The notes beneath the pieces were generated by a model, which worked only from the letters and a program-made list of their open reading frames with translations, made no database searches and was not told where the DNA came from. Source: an uncultured Acidobacteriota bacterium (GTDB lineage: Bacteria > Acidobacteriota > JAQAZP01). Taken from it: a stretch of DNA of 64,000 bases. This document shows positions 31,365 through 39,852 of this stretch, piece after piece. The stretch is taken from NCBI GenBank assembly GCA_963836075.1, contig CAWIIB010000001.1, positions 1,408,001 through 1,472,000 on the forward strand, given 5' to 3'. A program made the translations under genes and the position numbers. The stretch's first letter is position 1. Every line of letters starts with the position of its first letter.

Positions 31365-32666
31365 TCAGGAGGGTTGGGGCTCCGTTCCCGGCCTGGTGAG
31401 GTTGTCGAGGTGGATCGAGCAGAACTTGCCGCACATGGTGCAGACCTCGTGGGACATCCCGTCACCCTCGCTGCGGAATTTTCGCGCCCGTACCGGGTCG
31501 ATGGCCTGGGCGAACATCCCCTCCCAATCCAGGGCCTTGCGGCTGGTGGACATGGCCAGGTCGCGCTCGGCGGCGCCGGGAATCCCCTTGGCGATGTCGC
31601 CGGAATGGGCGGCGATGCGGGCGCCGATCACCCCTTCACGGACGTCCTCCGGGTCGGGCAGCCGGAGGTGCTCGGCCGGGGTGACATAACAGAGGAAGTC
31701 GGCGCCGGCCATGGCGGCCACCGCGCCGCCGATGGCGGAGCTGATGTGGTCGTAGCCGGGGCTGATGTCGGTGGTCAGCGGACCGAGCACGTAAAACGGC
31801 GCTCCCTCACAGAGATCCTTCTGCATCCGCACCTGGGCCGCCACCTTGTGCAGCGGCACGTGGCCCGGCCCCTCGATCATCACCTGCACACCGGCCTCCC
31901 GGGAGCGGCGGGCCAGCTCGCCGAGGACCACCAGTTCTGCCACCTGGGGCCCGTCGCCGGCATCGGCAATGGCGCCGGGGCGCAGCCCGTCACCCAGGCT
32001 GAGGGTCACATCGTGTTCGAGGCAGATCTCCAGCAGCCGGTCGAACTGCGCGTAGAGCGGGTTCTCCTCTCCGTGCTCGCGGATCCAGGCGGCAAGCATC
32101 GCCCCGCCGCGGCTCACCACGCCCCCGACCCTGCTGTTGGCGTCCACCAGGTCCACCACTGCGCGGGTCACCCCGCAGTGCACGGTGACGAAGTCCACCC
32201 CGGACACGGCATGCTTTTCCACCACGTTGAAGAACTGGTCGGCGGTCATCTGGAGGATATTGCCTCCCTCCGCTTCGGCACACTCCGCCGACACCTGGTA
32301 GATGGGCACGGTGCCCACCATCACCGGACTGTTCTCGATGACCTCCCGGCGGATCGCTTCCAGGTCGCCGCCGGTGCTCAGGTCCATCACCGCGTCGGCG
32401 CCGGCCTCCACCGCTGCCCGCAGCTTCACCAGCTCCTCCTCCATGCAGGAGCGGAGCGGCGATGTGCCGATATTGGCGTTGACCTTGGTCCGCAAACCGT
32501 TGCCGATGCCCACCGGTGTAAACGACCGGGCCCGGTTGTACGGGATAACCACCCGCCCGGCGGCGATCTCCGCGGCCAGCCATCCGGGGTCGCGGCCCTC
32601 CGCCCGGGCCACCGTTTCCATCTCTCCGGTTATCGTTCCGGCTCGCGCCGCTGTCAGCTGTGTCAT
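31365..32666 (-). CDS. thiC: Phosphomethylpyrimidine synthase (ThiC family radical SAM)
   Basis: [45 protein letters not shown] and CTMCGKFC. Confidence 0.93.
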   Translation of the reverse strand: MTQLTAARAGTITGEMETVARAEGRDPGWLAAEIAAGRVVIPYNRARSFTPVGIGNGLRTKVNANIGTSPLRSCMEEELVKLRAAVEAGADAVMDLSTGGDLEAIRREVIENSPVMVGTVPIYQVSAECAEAEGGNILQMTADQFFNVVEKHAVSGVDFVTVHCGVTRAVVDLVDANSRVGGVVSRGGAMLAAWIREHGEENPLYAQFDRLLEICLEHDVTLSLGDGLRPGAIADAGDGPQVAELVVLGELARRSREAGVQVMIEGPGHVPLHKVAAQVRMQKDLCEGAPFYVLGPLTTDISPGYDHISSAIGGAVAAMAGADFLCYVTPAEHLRLPDPEDVREGVIGARIAAHSGDIAKGIPGAAERDLAMSTSRKALDWEGMFAQAIDPVRARKFRSEGDGMSHEVCTMCGKFCSIHLDNLTRPGTEPQPS

Positions 32667-32895
32667 GACAAACCCCTTTCCGGGTATTGAACCGCCGGTT
32701 GCCGCACCATTCACCATGTGCCGGCGGGATTGTATCTCCGTAGCGCAGGGTAATTGTAGGGCCGGGGATCAAATCGAGTCAATCAGTCAAATATTCGAGC
32801 GCTTGTCAGCCAACCGGCCTTTGGATAACATGGCCGGAACGCAGCCGGCTGAGACGGCCGGGGCAAGGAACACCGCATTTGGCGAAAGGAGACCG

Positions 32896-34656
32896 ATGAG
32901 GAACTTCAGGCGCGTCGTTCAGACGGCATCCCTGCTGCTCTTCCTGATGCTGCTCTCCATGGCCGGTATCCCCGGCGGACCGGATGCCATTCCGGTATCC
33001 GACCTGCTCTCCGCCGAGATCGCCTGGCCGGTGTCGGTCTATCTCCAGTCGAGCCCATTGCTGGCCCTGTCGGTGATCATCGCTTCGGGCACGATTCCAC
33101 CCGGCATCTTCTTCGCCGCCGTGATCCTCGTCTCGGCCCTGCTGCTGGGCCGGGTCTTCTGCGGCTGGCTCTGTCCCATGGGCGCCCTGCTGCACCTGTT
33201 CAGCCTCGGACGGGGCCCGGCCCGCCGGGAAGCGGCGGCCGACCGGCGCCGGACTGAAACCACGCGCAAACGGCGCTCCTCCGGCCCGCTGGCCTGGAAA
33301 TACTACCTCCTGCTGCTGCTGATTCCGGCCTGCTTCTTCTCCCTCCAGCTGGTGGGGGTCTTCGATCCCATCGCCCTGCTCACCCGCTCGCTGGGCACCG
33401 GCATTTCACCGGCCTACAACGCCGCCGGCCAGGACAGCCTGGACGCTCTGTATGGCATCTACGGCGACGGCGGGCCGCCTGGCTGGCTGGAGGCCATCAG
33501 CACCTTTGCCACGGCGAGGCTCTTCTCCAACATCCGGCCCCTCTTCTTTCAGGGGCCGTTCATCGCCCTGCTGCTGGTGCTCATCGTGGCCCTCTGCCGG
33601 CAGCGCTTCCGGTTCTGGTGCCGCTACGTCTGCCCGCTGGGGGCGCTGCTGGGGTTCACTTCAAAACTCTCGCCACTGACCCTGCGCGAGAAACCGGGCA
33701 CTTGCACCGACTGCGGCCGCTGCCGGCGCACCTGCCCGGCGGCCGCCTCGCCCTGGCCCGCCGAGCAGTGGAAACGCTCCGAGTGCTACCTCTGCTACAA
33801 CTGCGTGGCCGAGTGCCGGGAGGACACTCTCTCCTTTGCTCCGCGCTGGGCAAAACCGGCCCGGGCGGCAAAGAAAACGGCACCCCCGCGGGAGGCGAGG
33901 TGGGTCCCGGACAGCGCCGGGGACGTGAACATGACCCGCCGTGCGGTGGTCACCAGCCTGGCCGCCGGCGCCGCCGCCCCGCTGGTCCTCCGCGGGGGAA
34001 CCGGCCCGGACGGGATCCACCCGCTGCTCATCCGGCCTCCGGGCGCCCTGGAGGAGAAGAAGTTCCTCGAGACCTGCATCCGCTGCGGCCTCTGTATGAA
34101 GGCCTGCCTGACCAACGCCATCCAGCCCACATTCCTGGAAGCCCGGCTGGAGGGGCTCTGGACGCCGCGGCTGGTGATGAAAATCGGGTATTGCGAAAAC
34201 AACTGCACCCTCTGCGGGCAGGTCTGTCCCACCGGCGCCATCGAGAACCTGCCTCTGCCCCGCAAACGCCAGGTGAGCATCGGCACCGCCTTTATCCGGC
34301 CGGACCGCTGCCTGCCCTACGCCTTCAACCGCCAGTGCATCGTCTGCGAAGAGCACTGCCCCACCGGCGAAAAGGCGATCTACTTCGTGGAGCAGGAGAT
34401 GGAGGGCCGCAACGGTTCGCGCAAGCGTCTGAAACTGCCCCGGGTGGACCCGAAGCTCTGTATCGGCTGCGGCATCTGCGAGTGGGTCTGCCCGGTGCGC
34501 GACCGGCCCGCCATCTACGTCACCCGCATCGGCGAATCCCGCAGCGAGGAGAGCACCCTGTTGCTGGGCGAAGAAACCGAGGCGCCTCTGGCCGACGACT
34601 ACTACGGCGGCGAGACGGCCCCGGACTCCGGACCTTACGGCGACCCCTACGGTTAG
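32896..34656 (+). CDS. Membrane polyferredoxin, NapH/MauN-like fused to a NapG/MauM-like domain
   Basis: GRVFCGWLCP and FWCRYVCPLG; several CxxCxxCxxxCP clusters; internal TRRAVV followed by IRPPGA. Confidence 0.88.
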   Translation: MRNFRRVVQTASLLLFLMLLSMAGIPGGPDAIPVSDLLSAEIAWPVSVYLQSSPLLALSVIIASGTIPPGIFFAAVILVSALLLGRVFCGWLCPMGALLHLFSLGRGPARREAAADRRRTETTRKRRSSGPLAWKYYLLLLLIPACFFSLQLVGVFDPIALLTRSLGTGISPAYNAAGQDSLDALYGIYGDGGPPGWLEAISTFATARLFSNIRPLFFQGPFIALLLVLIVALCRQRFRFWCRYVCPLGALLGFTSKLSPLTLREKPGTCTDCGRCRRTCPAAASPWPAEQWKRSECYLCYNCVAECREDTLSFAPRWAKPARAAKKTAPPREARWVPDSAGDVNMTRRAVVTSLAAGAAAPLVLRGGTGPDGIHPLLIRPPGALEEKKFLETCIRCGLCMKACLTNAIQPTFLEARLEGLWTPRLVMKIGYCENNCTLCGQVCPTGAIENLPLPRKRQVSIGTAFIRPDRCLPYAFNRQCIVCEEHCPTGEKAIYFVEQEMEGRNGSRKRLKLPRVDPKLCIGCGICEWVCPVRDRPAIYVTRIGESRSEESTLLLGEETEAPLADDYYGGETAPDSGPYGDPYG

Positions 34657-34722
34657 GGACGTACATGAATATATGAATAATTCCATAGTTCAGGAATTAT
34701 TCATATATTCATGTACGTCCCT
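34655..34722. repeat. Perfect 30-bp inverted repeat with 8-nt loop (REP/MITE-like palindrome)
   Basis: agggacgtacatgaatatatgaataattcc-atagttca-ggaattattcatatattcatgtacgtccct. Confidence 0.9.
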
Positions 34723-34751
34723 CTGCGCTCTGCTGTATGTCCCCCTTTGTC

Positions 34752-34781
34752 TTGACACTCCCCGGAATCGGGTCGTACACT
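34752..34781 (+). promoter_or_regulatory. Putative sigma70 promoter for the def operon
   Basis: TTGACA-N18-TACACT. Confidence 0.55.
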
Positions 34782-34818
34782 GATTTTTTACGGGACCGTC
34801 AAGGAGAAGGATCGGATC

Positions 34819-35337
34819 ATGGCTCTGTTACCAATCCTGGTGCTCGGCGACAAGCGCCTGCGTGAAAAAGCCGACCCGGTGGCCACCGTCAGTGACGAAG
34901 AGCGCCGGCTGATCGACGACATGGTGGAGACGATGCACAGCGCCCCGGGGATCGGGCTGGCCGCCACCCAGGTGGGGGTGCCCAAGCGGATCATCGTCAT
35001 CGACCTCACCGCCGGAGAGCAGGAAGGCGAGATATTGGCCCTGGTCAACCCCGAGATTTCCTGCGCCGAAGGGGAGCAGGTGGGACAGGAGGGCTGCCTC
35101 AGCGTCCCCGAAGAGTACGCCGACGTCAAACGCCCGTTCAGCCTGCGCCTCAAGGCCCTGGACCGTGACGGCAACCCGGTGGACCGCGTGGTTGACGACC
35201 TGCTGGCCCGCGTGATCTGTCACGAGGTGGACCACCTGGACGGTATCCTCTTTGTTGACCACCTCAGTTCCTTGAAACGGAGCCTGATCGCCAGACGGGT
35301 TCGCAAGCTGGTGGCCCGGGAGGAACAGAGTGCCTGA
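34819..35337 (+). CDS. def: Peptide deformylase
   Basis: GIGLAATQVG, EGCLS and HEVDHLDG. Confidence 0.97.
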   Translation: MALLPILVLGDKRLREKADPVATVSDEERRLIDDMVETMHSAPGIGLAATQVGVPKRIIVIDLTAGEQEGEILALVNPEISCAEGEQVGQEGCLSVPEEYADVKRPFSLRLKALDRDGNPVDRVVDDLLARVICHEVDHLDGILFVDHLSSLKRSLIARRVRKLVAREEQSA

Positions 35338-35974
35338 AGAAAAGATAGTCCTGCACCGGCAGGAAGTCAGCCCGTTCATGACCAACTGCTACCTGGTGGT
35401 TTGCGCGGCCACCCGGGAAGCGGTGCTGATCGATCCCGGCGGCGACCCGGAACTGATCGAGATGATGATCAGCAAGGCCGGCGATCCCCGCATCGCCATG
35501 ATCGTCAACACCCACGCCCACGTGGATCACGCCAGCGCGGTGTTCGAGATGCAGGAGAGCCACAAGGCACCCTTCCACCTCCACCCTGATGACGCCTTTT
35601 GGCTCGACCTCCTGGTGGCCACTGCCGCAAGCTACGGCATGGACGGGGTCACCCAGCCCAGGGTGGACGCCGACCTGGCCGACGGGCAGGAGATCCAGCT
35701 CGGCGAGCTGACCCTGCGAATCATCCACACCCCGGGCCACTCCCCGGGCGGGGTCTGCATCGCGGTGGAAGACCAGCTGATCTGCGGTGATACCCTTTTT
35801 GCCGGGTCCATCGGACGCACCGACCTGCCGGGGGGATCGCACCAGGTGCTGCTCACCAGCATCCGGACAAAGCTGCTGGACAACCTGGACGACAAAACGG
35901 TGATCCACCCCGGTCACGGCCCATCCAGCACCCTCGGCCGGGAACGGGTGTCCAACCCCTACCTCACCGGCTGA
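35330..35974 (+). CDS. MBL-fold metallo-hydrolase (glyoxalase II/YcbL-like)
   Basis: THAHVDH, TPGHSPG, GDTLF..SIGRTD and PGHG. Confidence 0.92.
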   Translation: MPEEKIVLHRQEVSPFMTNCYLVVCAATREAVLIDPGGDPELIEMMISKAGDPRIAMIVNTHAHVDHASAVFEMQESHKAPFHLHPDDAFWLDLLVATAASYGMDGVTQPRVDADLADGQEIQLGELTLRIIHTPGHSPGGVCIAVEDQLICGDTLFAGSIGRTDLPGGSHQVLLTSIRTKLLDNLDDKTVIHPGHGPSSTLGRERVSNPYLTG

Positions 35975-35983
35975 AACCACGGG

Positions 35984-36012
35984 TTGACTCCGCTGTGGGC
36001 CCTCTTTAGAAT
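35984..36012 (+). promoter_or_regulatory. Putative sigma70 promoter for the transketolase genes
   Basis: TTGACT-N17-TAGAAT. Confidence 0.5.
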
Positions 36013-36123
36013 CGTGGCGGTTCCTCTGCCTGACCGGCGGTGCTGACCGGGGTCAGGCACCGGCAACCGCTTGTTGGACTGATCTCCCACCATTTCAACG
36101 TGTTACAGAGAAACGGAAGGACC

Positions 36124-37050
36124 ATGCACAACCCAGCGGCCGATCCCCACCGAGTAACCGAGGGCGCCTGGGCCGGAACCCGGGACGAGGGCGTCCTGAG
36201 GAAGGCGGCTCTCCAGGCCCGCCGGCACATCGTCAGGATGACCGGCGCCGCCGGCTCCGGCCACCCGGGCGGCTCACTCTCCGCCATCGACATCCTCACC
36301 GCGCTCTATTTCAGTGAGATGAAGCACTTTCCCGGCGATCCGCAGCGGCCCGGCCGCGACCGATTCGTCCTCTCCAAGGGGCACGGCTGCCCGGCGCTCT
36401 ATGCCGTGCTGGGAATGACCGGCTACTTCCCGGAGGATGAACTGATCCGGCTGCGCAAGCTGGGCTCGATCCTCCAGGGGCACCCCTGCATGCTCAAGAC
36501 TCCCGGGGTGGAGATGAGCACCGGGTCACTGGGCCAGGGGCTCTCGGCGGCCAACGGCATGGCGCTGGCCCAACGGCTTTCCGGCCTCGATTACCGGGTG
36601 TTCGTGATGATGGGGGACGGCGAGCAGCAGGAAGGCCAGGTCTGGGAAGCGGCGATGACCGCGGCCCACTACAAGCTGGACAACCTGGTGGGGATCATCG
36701 ACTACAACGGGATGCAGATCGACGGCACGGTGCACGAGGTGATGGATATCGCGCCCCTGGCCGAGAAGTGGCGTGCCTTCGGCTGGGAGGTCTTCGAGAT
36801 CGACGGACACCGGATGGATGAGATCCTCGTTGCCCTGGACCGGGCGCGGGAGGTCAGCGGCAAACCGGCGATGATCGTGGCCCGCACGGTGAAGGGCAAG
36901 GGGGTATCGTTCATGGAACACAACCTGAAGTTCCACGGCAACGCACCCACCGCCGACCAGGTGGCCGCCGCCCTCGAAGAACTCGAACAGGCCGAGCAGG
37001 CGCTGAAAACAGAGCGCCCTGATCTCTACCAGGTGGGGGGCGATCGATGA
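36124..37050 (+). CDS. Transketolase, N-terminal (TPP-binding) subunit
   Basis: SGHPGGSLS, DRFVLSKGH, LQGHP, TGSLGQG and GDGEQQEGQVWEA. Start codon uncertain. Confidence 0.93.
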   Translation: MHNPAADPHRVTEGAWAGTRDEGVLRKAALQARRHIVRMTGAAGSGHPGGSLSAIDILTALYFSEMKHFPGDPQRPGRDRFVLSKGHGCPALYAVLGMTGYFPEDELIRLRKLGSILQGHPCMLKTPGVEMSTGSLGQGLSAANGMALAQRLSGLDYRVFVMMGDGEQQEGQVWEAAMTAAHYKLDNLVGIIDYNGMQIDGTVHEVMDIAPLAEKWRAFGWEVFEIDGHRMDEILVALDRAREVSGKPAMIVARTVKGKGVSFMEHNLKFHGNAPTADQVAAALEELEQAEQALKTERPDLYQVGGDR

Positions 37051-37982
37051 GCGAGAATAAGCACACCCGCGTGGCCTATGGAGACACCCTGGCCCGGCTT
37101 GGCGAAACCGATAAGAACATCGTGGTGCTCGACGCCGACCTCTCCTGCTCCACCCAGACCCACCGTTTCGCCAAAGTCTTTCCCGACCGCTTCTTCCAGA
37201 TGGGCATCGCCGAGGGGGACATGGTGGCCACCGCCGCCGGCCTGGCCGCCTCGGGGAAAACACCGTTCGTCTCCACCTTCGTCATCTTTGCCCTGCGCGG
37301 CTGGGAGCAAATCCGCAATTCGGTGGCCCGGACCAATCTCCCGGTGAACATCGTGCTGACCCATGGCGGGCTCTCGGTGGGCGAGGACGGCGCCTCGGCC
37401 CAGGCCTGCGAGGACATCACCATCATGCGGGTCCTGCCGCGGATGAAGGTGATCGTCCCGGCCGACGCGGTGGAGACCGAGCGGGTGATCGAGCACCTGG
37501 CGGCCAACCCCGACGGGCCGGCCTACGTGCGGCTGACCCGCAACGTGGTGCCGGTGCTCTTTGACGAGAGCTACCGCTTCACCCTGGGCCAGGCCGCCAT
37601 GCTGCGCGACGGCGGCGACGGCACCATCATCGCCTGCGGGCAAATGGTCTACCGGGCCCTGGGCGCCGCGGAGCTGCTGGCCAAAGAGGGTCTCGACATC
37701 CGGGTGCTCAACATGTCCACCATTAAACCGCTGGACGGCGAGGCCATCACCTCCGCCGCCCGCGAAACCGGCCGCATCGTCACCGCCGAAGAGCACTCGG
37801 TGGTGGGCGGCCTGGGCAGCGCCGTGGCCGAACACCTGGCCACCACCACACCGGTCCCCATGGGCATGATCGGGGTGCAGGACACCTTTGGCGAGTCCGG
37901 GACACCGGCCGAACTGTTCGAGAAATACGGCCTGACCGAAGAGGCCATCGCCACAAAGATGGCCGGTCTCTGCAAGGCCTGA
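37047..37982 (+). CDS. Transketolase, C-terminal subunit
   Basis: LDADL, MGIAE, GEDGA, TIKPLD and EEHSVVGGLG. Confidence 0.93.
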   Translation: MSENKHTRVAYGDTLARLGETDKNIVVLDADLSCSTQTHRFAKVFPDRFFQMGIAEGDMVATAAGLAASGKTPFVSTFVIFALRGWEQIRNSVARTNLPVNIVLTHGGLSVGEDGASAQACEDITIMRVLPRMKVIVPADAVETERVIEHLAANPDGPAYVRLTRNVVPVLFDESYRFTLGQAAMLRDGGDGTIIACGQMVYRALGAAELLAKEGLDIRVLNMSTIKPLDGEAITSAARETGRIVTAEEHSVVGGLGSAVAEHLATTTPVPMGMIGVQDTFGESGTPAELFEKYGLTEEAIATKMAGLCKA

Positions 37983-38013
37983 CGGGCAACAGGTCACAAC
38001 CGAGGTACAGCAG

Positions 38014-39849
38014 ATGGCCGAGAGGGATTTCCGTGCGCAGCTGAAGAGCGAAGTGCTGGTCTGCGACGGGGCCATGGGCACCGAACTGTACAATCACGGG
38101 GTGTTCATCAACCGCTGCTTCGACGAGCTGAACCTGGACCAGCCGAGGCTGGTGGGAGAAGTTCACTCCGCATATGTCAACGCCGGCGCCAATGTCATCG
38201 AGACCAATACCTTCGGTGCCAATCGTTTCAAACTCACCCCCCACGGGCTGGGAGAAAAATGCGCCAGGATCAATCGCCGCGGCGCCGAGATTGCCCGGGC
38301 CGCGGCCGGCGAGCGGGCTTTTGTGGCCGGTGCCATCGGCCCGCTGGGCATCCGCATCGAACCCTGGGGCCCCACCTCGCTGGAGGAGGCCCGGGAGGCC
38401 TTTCGCGAACAGGCCGCGGCACTGGCCGAGGGCGGGGTGGATCTCTTCGTCATCGAAACCTTTTTCGACCTCAGCGAGATCCAGCAGGCGATTCTCGCCG
38501 TCCAGGAGGTGAGCGACCTGCCCATCGTGACCCAGATGACCCTGGAGGACGATGGGAACAGCCTCTACGGCACCTCGCCGGAAACCTTCACCGAGCGCCT
38601 GGACCAGTGGGGCGCCGACGTGATCGGCGTCAACTGCAGCGTCGGCCCCCAGGTGATGCTCACCACGGTTGAAAGAATGCATGCGGTAACCGAAAAGCCG
38701 CTCTCGGTGCAGCCCAACGCCGGTAAGCCGCGGGCAGTGGAGGGCCGCAACCTCTACCTCTGCTCACCGGAGTACATGGCCGAGTTTGCCAAGCAGGTAA
38801 TCCCCTTCGGAGTCCGGATGATCGGCGGCTGCTGCGGCACGCGGCCCGTGCACATCAAGGCCATCGCCGCCGCGGTGCGCGCCCTGCAGCACACCCAGCG
38901 CAAACCGGTGTTGGTGGAAGCGATTCCCCGGGACGAGCAGCCGCAGGTGGAGCCCGTACCCCGTGCCCAGCGGAGCGGCCTGGCCGCCGCGCTGGAAAAA
39001 GGCGAGTTTGCCACTTCGGTGGAGGTGGTGCCACCACGGGGCTGCGACCCGGACAAGCTGCTGGCCGCGGTGGGCAAGCTGAAGGGGAAAATCCACACCA
39101 TCAACATCCCCGACGGACCCCGGGCCAGTTCACGGATGGGCGCCACGGCCCTGGCCGTGCGTGTCGAGCAGGACCTGGGGATGGAGACGATCCTCCACTA
39201 CTGCTGCCGTGACCGCAACCTGCTGGCCATGCAGTCGGACCTCCTCGGCGCCAGCGCCCTGGGAGTGAAGAACATCCTGATCATCACCGGCGACCCGCCG
39301 AAAATGGGTGACTACCCCGATGCCACCGCCGTCTTCGACGTCGACTCCATCGGTCTGACCAACATGGTCAACCGGCTGAACCACGGGCTGGACCTGGGCC
39401 GCAACCCCATCGGCAGGCCCACCGGCTACCTGATCGGGGTGGGGGTCAACCCCGGCGCGGTGAACCCGGACCAGGAACTGCGGCGCTTCGAGTACAAGGT
39501 GGAGGCCGGGGCCGAGTTCGCCATCACCCAGCCGGTCTTCGACCAGCAGCTGCTGGCCGACTTCCTCAAGCGGACCGAGCAGTTCCGCATCCCGGTCCTT
39601 GCCGGCATCTGGCCGCTGGTCAGCTACCGCAATGCCCAGTTCATGAACAACGAGGTGCCGGGGGCCACGGTGCCCGACGAGATTCTCGCGCGGATGGAGA
39701 AGACCGAGACCAAGGAGGAGGGGATCGCCGAGGGTCTGGCCATCGCCCGGGAATCGGTGAAGGCGGTCAGGGGGATGGTGCAGGGGGTCCAGGTAGCCGC
39801 GCCCTTCGGCCGCTACCAGCTGGCCCTGCAGGTGCTGGAAGCGGTCTGA
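38014..39849 (+). CDS. yitJ: Bifunctional homocysteine S-methyltransferase / 5,10-methylene-THF reductase (YitJ-like)
   Basis: DGAMGTEL, GVNC, GGCCGT, then the MTHFR-like HYCCRDRN, ITGDPP and AITQPVF. Confidence 0.92.
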   Translation: MAERDFRAQLKSEVLVCDGAMGTELYNHGVFINRCFDELNLDQPRLVGEVHSAYVNAGANVIETNTFGANRFKLTPHGLGEKCARINRRGAEIARAAAGERAFVAGAIGPLGIRIEPWGPTSLEEAREAFREQAAALAEGGVDLFVIETFFDLSEIQQAILAVQEVSDLPIVTQMTLEDDGNSLYGTSPETFTERLDQWGADVIGVNCSVGPQVMLTTVERMHAVTEKPLSVQPNAGKPRAVEGRNLYLCSPEYMAEFAKQVIPFGVRMIGGCCGTRPVHIKAIAAAVRALQHTQRKPVLVEAIPRDEQPQVEPVPRAQRSGLAAALEKGEFATSVEVVPPRGCDPDKLLAAVGKLKGKIHTINIPDGPRASSRMGATALAVRVEQDLGMETILHYCCRDRNLLAMQSDLLGASALGVKNILIITGDPPKMGDYPDATAVFDVDSIGLTNMVNRLNHGLDLGRNPIGRPTGYLIGVGVNPGAVNPDQELRRFEYKVEAGAEFAITQPVFDQQLLADFLKRTEQFRIPVLAGIWPLVSYRNAQFMNNEVPGATVPDEILARMEKTETKEEGIAEGLAIARESVKAVRGMVQGVQVAAPFGRYQLALQVLEAV

Positions 39850-39852
39850 GTT

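Noticed and set aside
29607-32690. 1027-aa plus-strand ORF, and similar long antisense ORFs (10119..12329, 43193..45553, 40426..42006, 27156..28694)
   Set aside because: These are shadow ORFs opposite clear genes (uvrC/thiC, kinase, GT39, sulfatase, pruA). They are expected at high GC and have no recognisable motifs.
32667-32895. Possible TPP riboswitch upstream of thiC
   Set aside because: The only CTGAGA core I found is on the wrong strand, and the other conserved elements are not evident.
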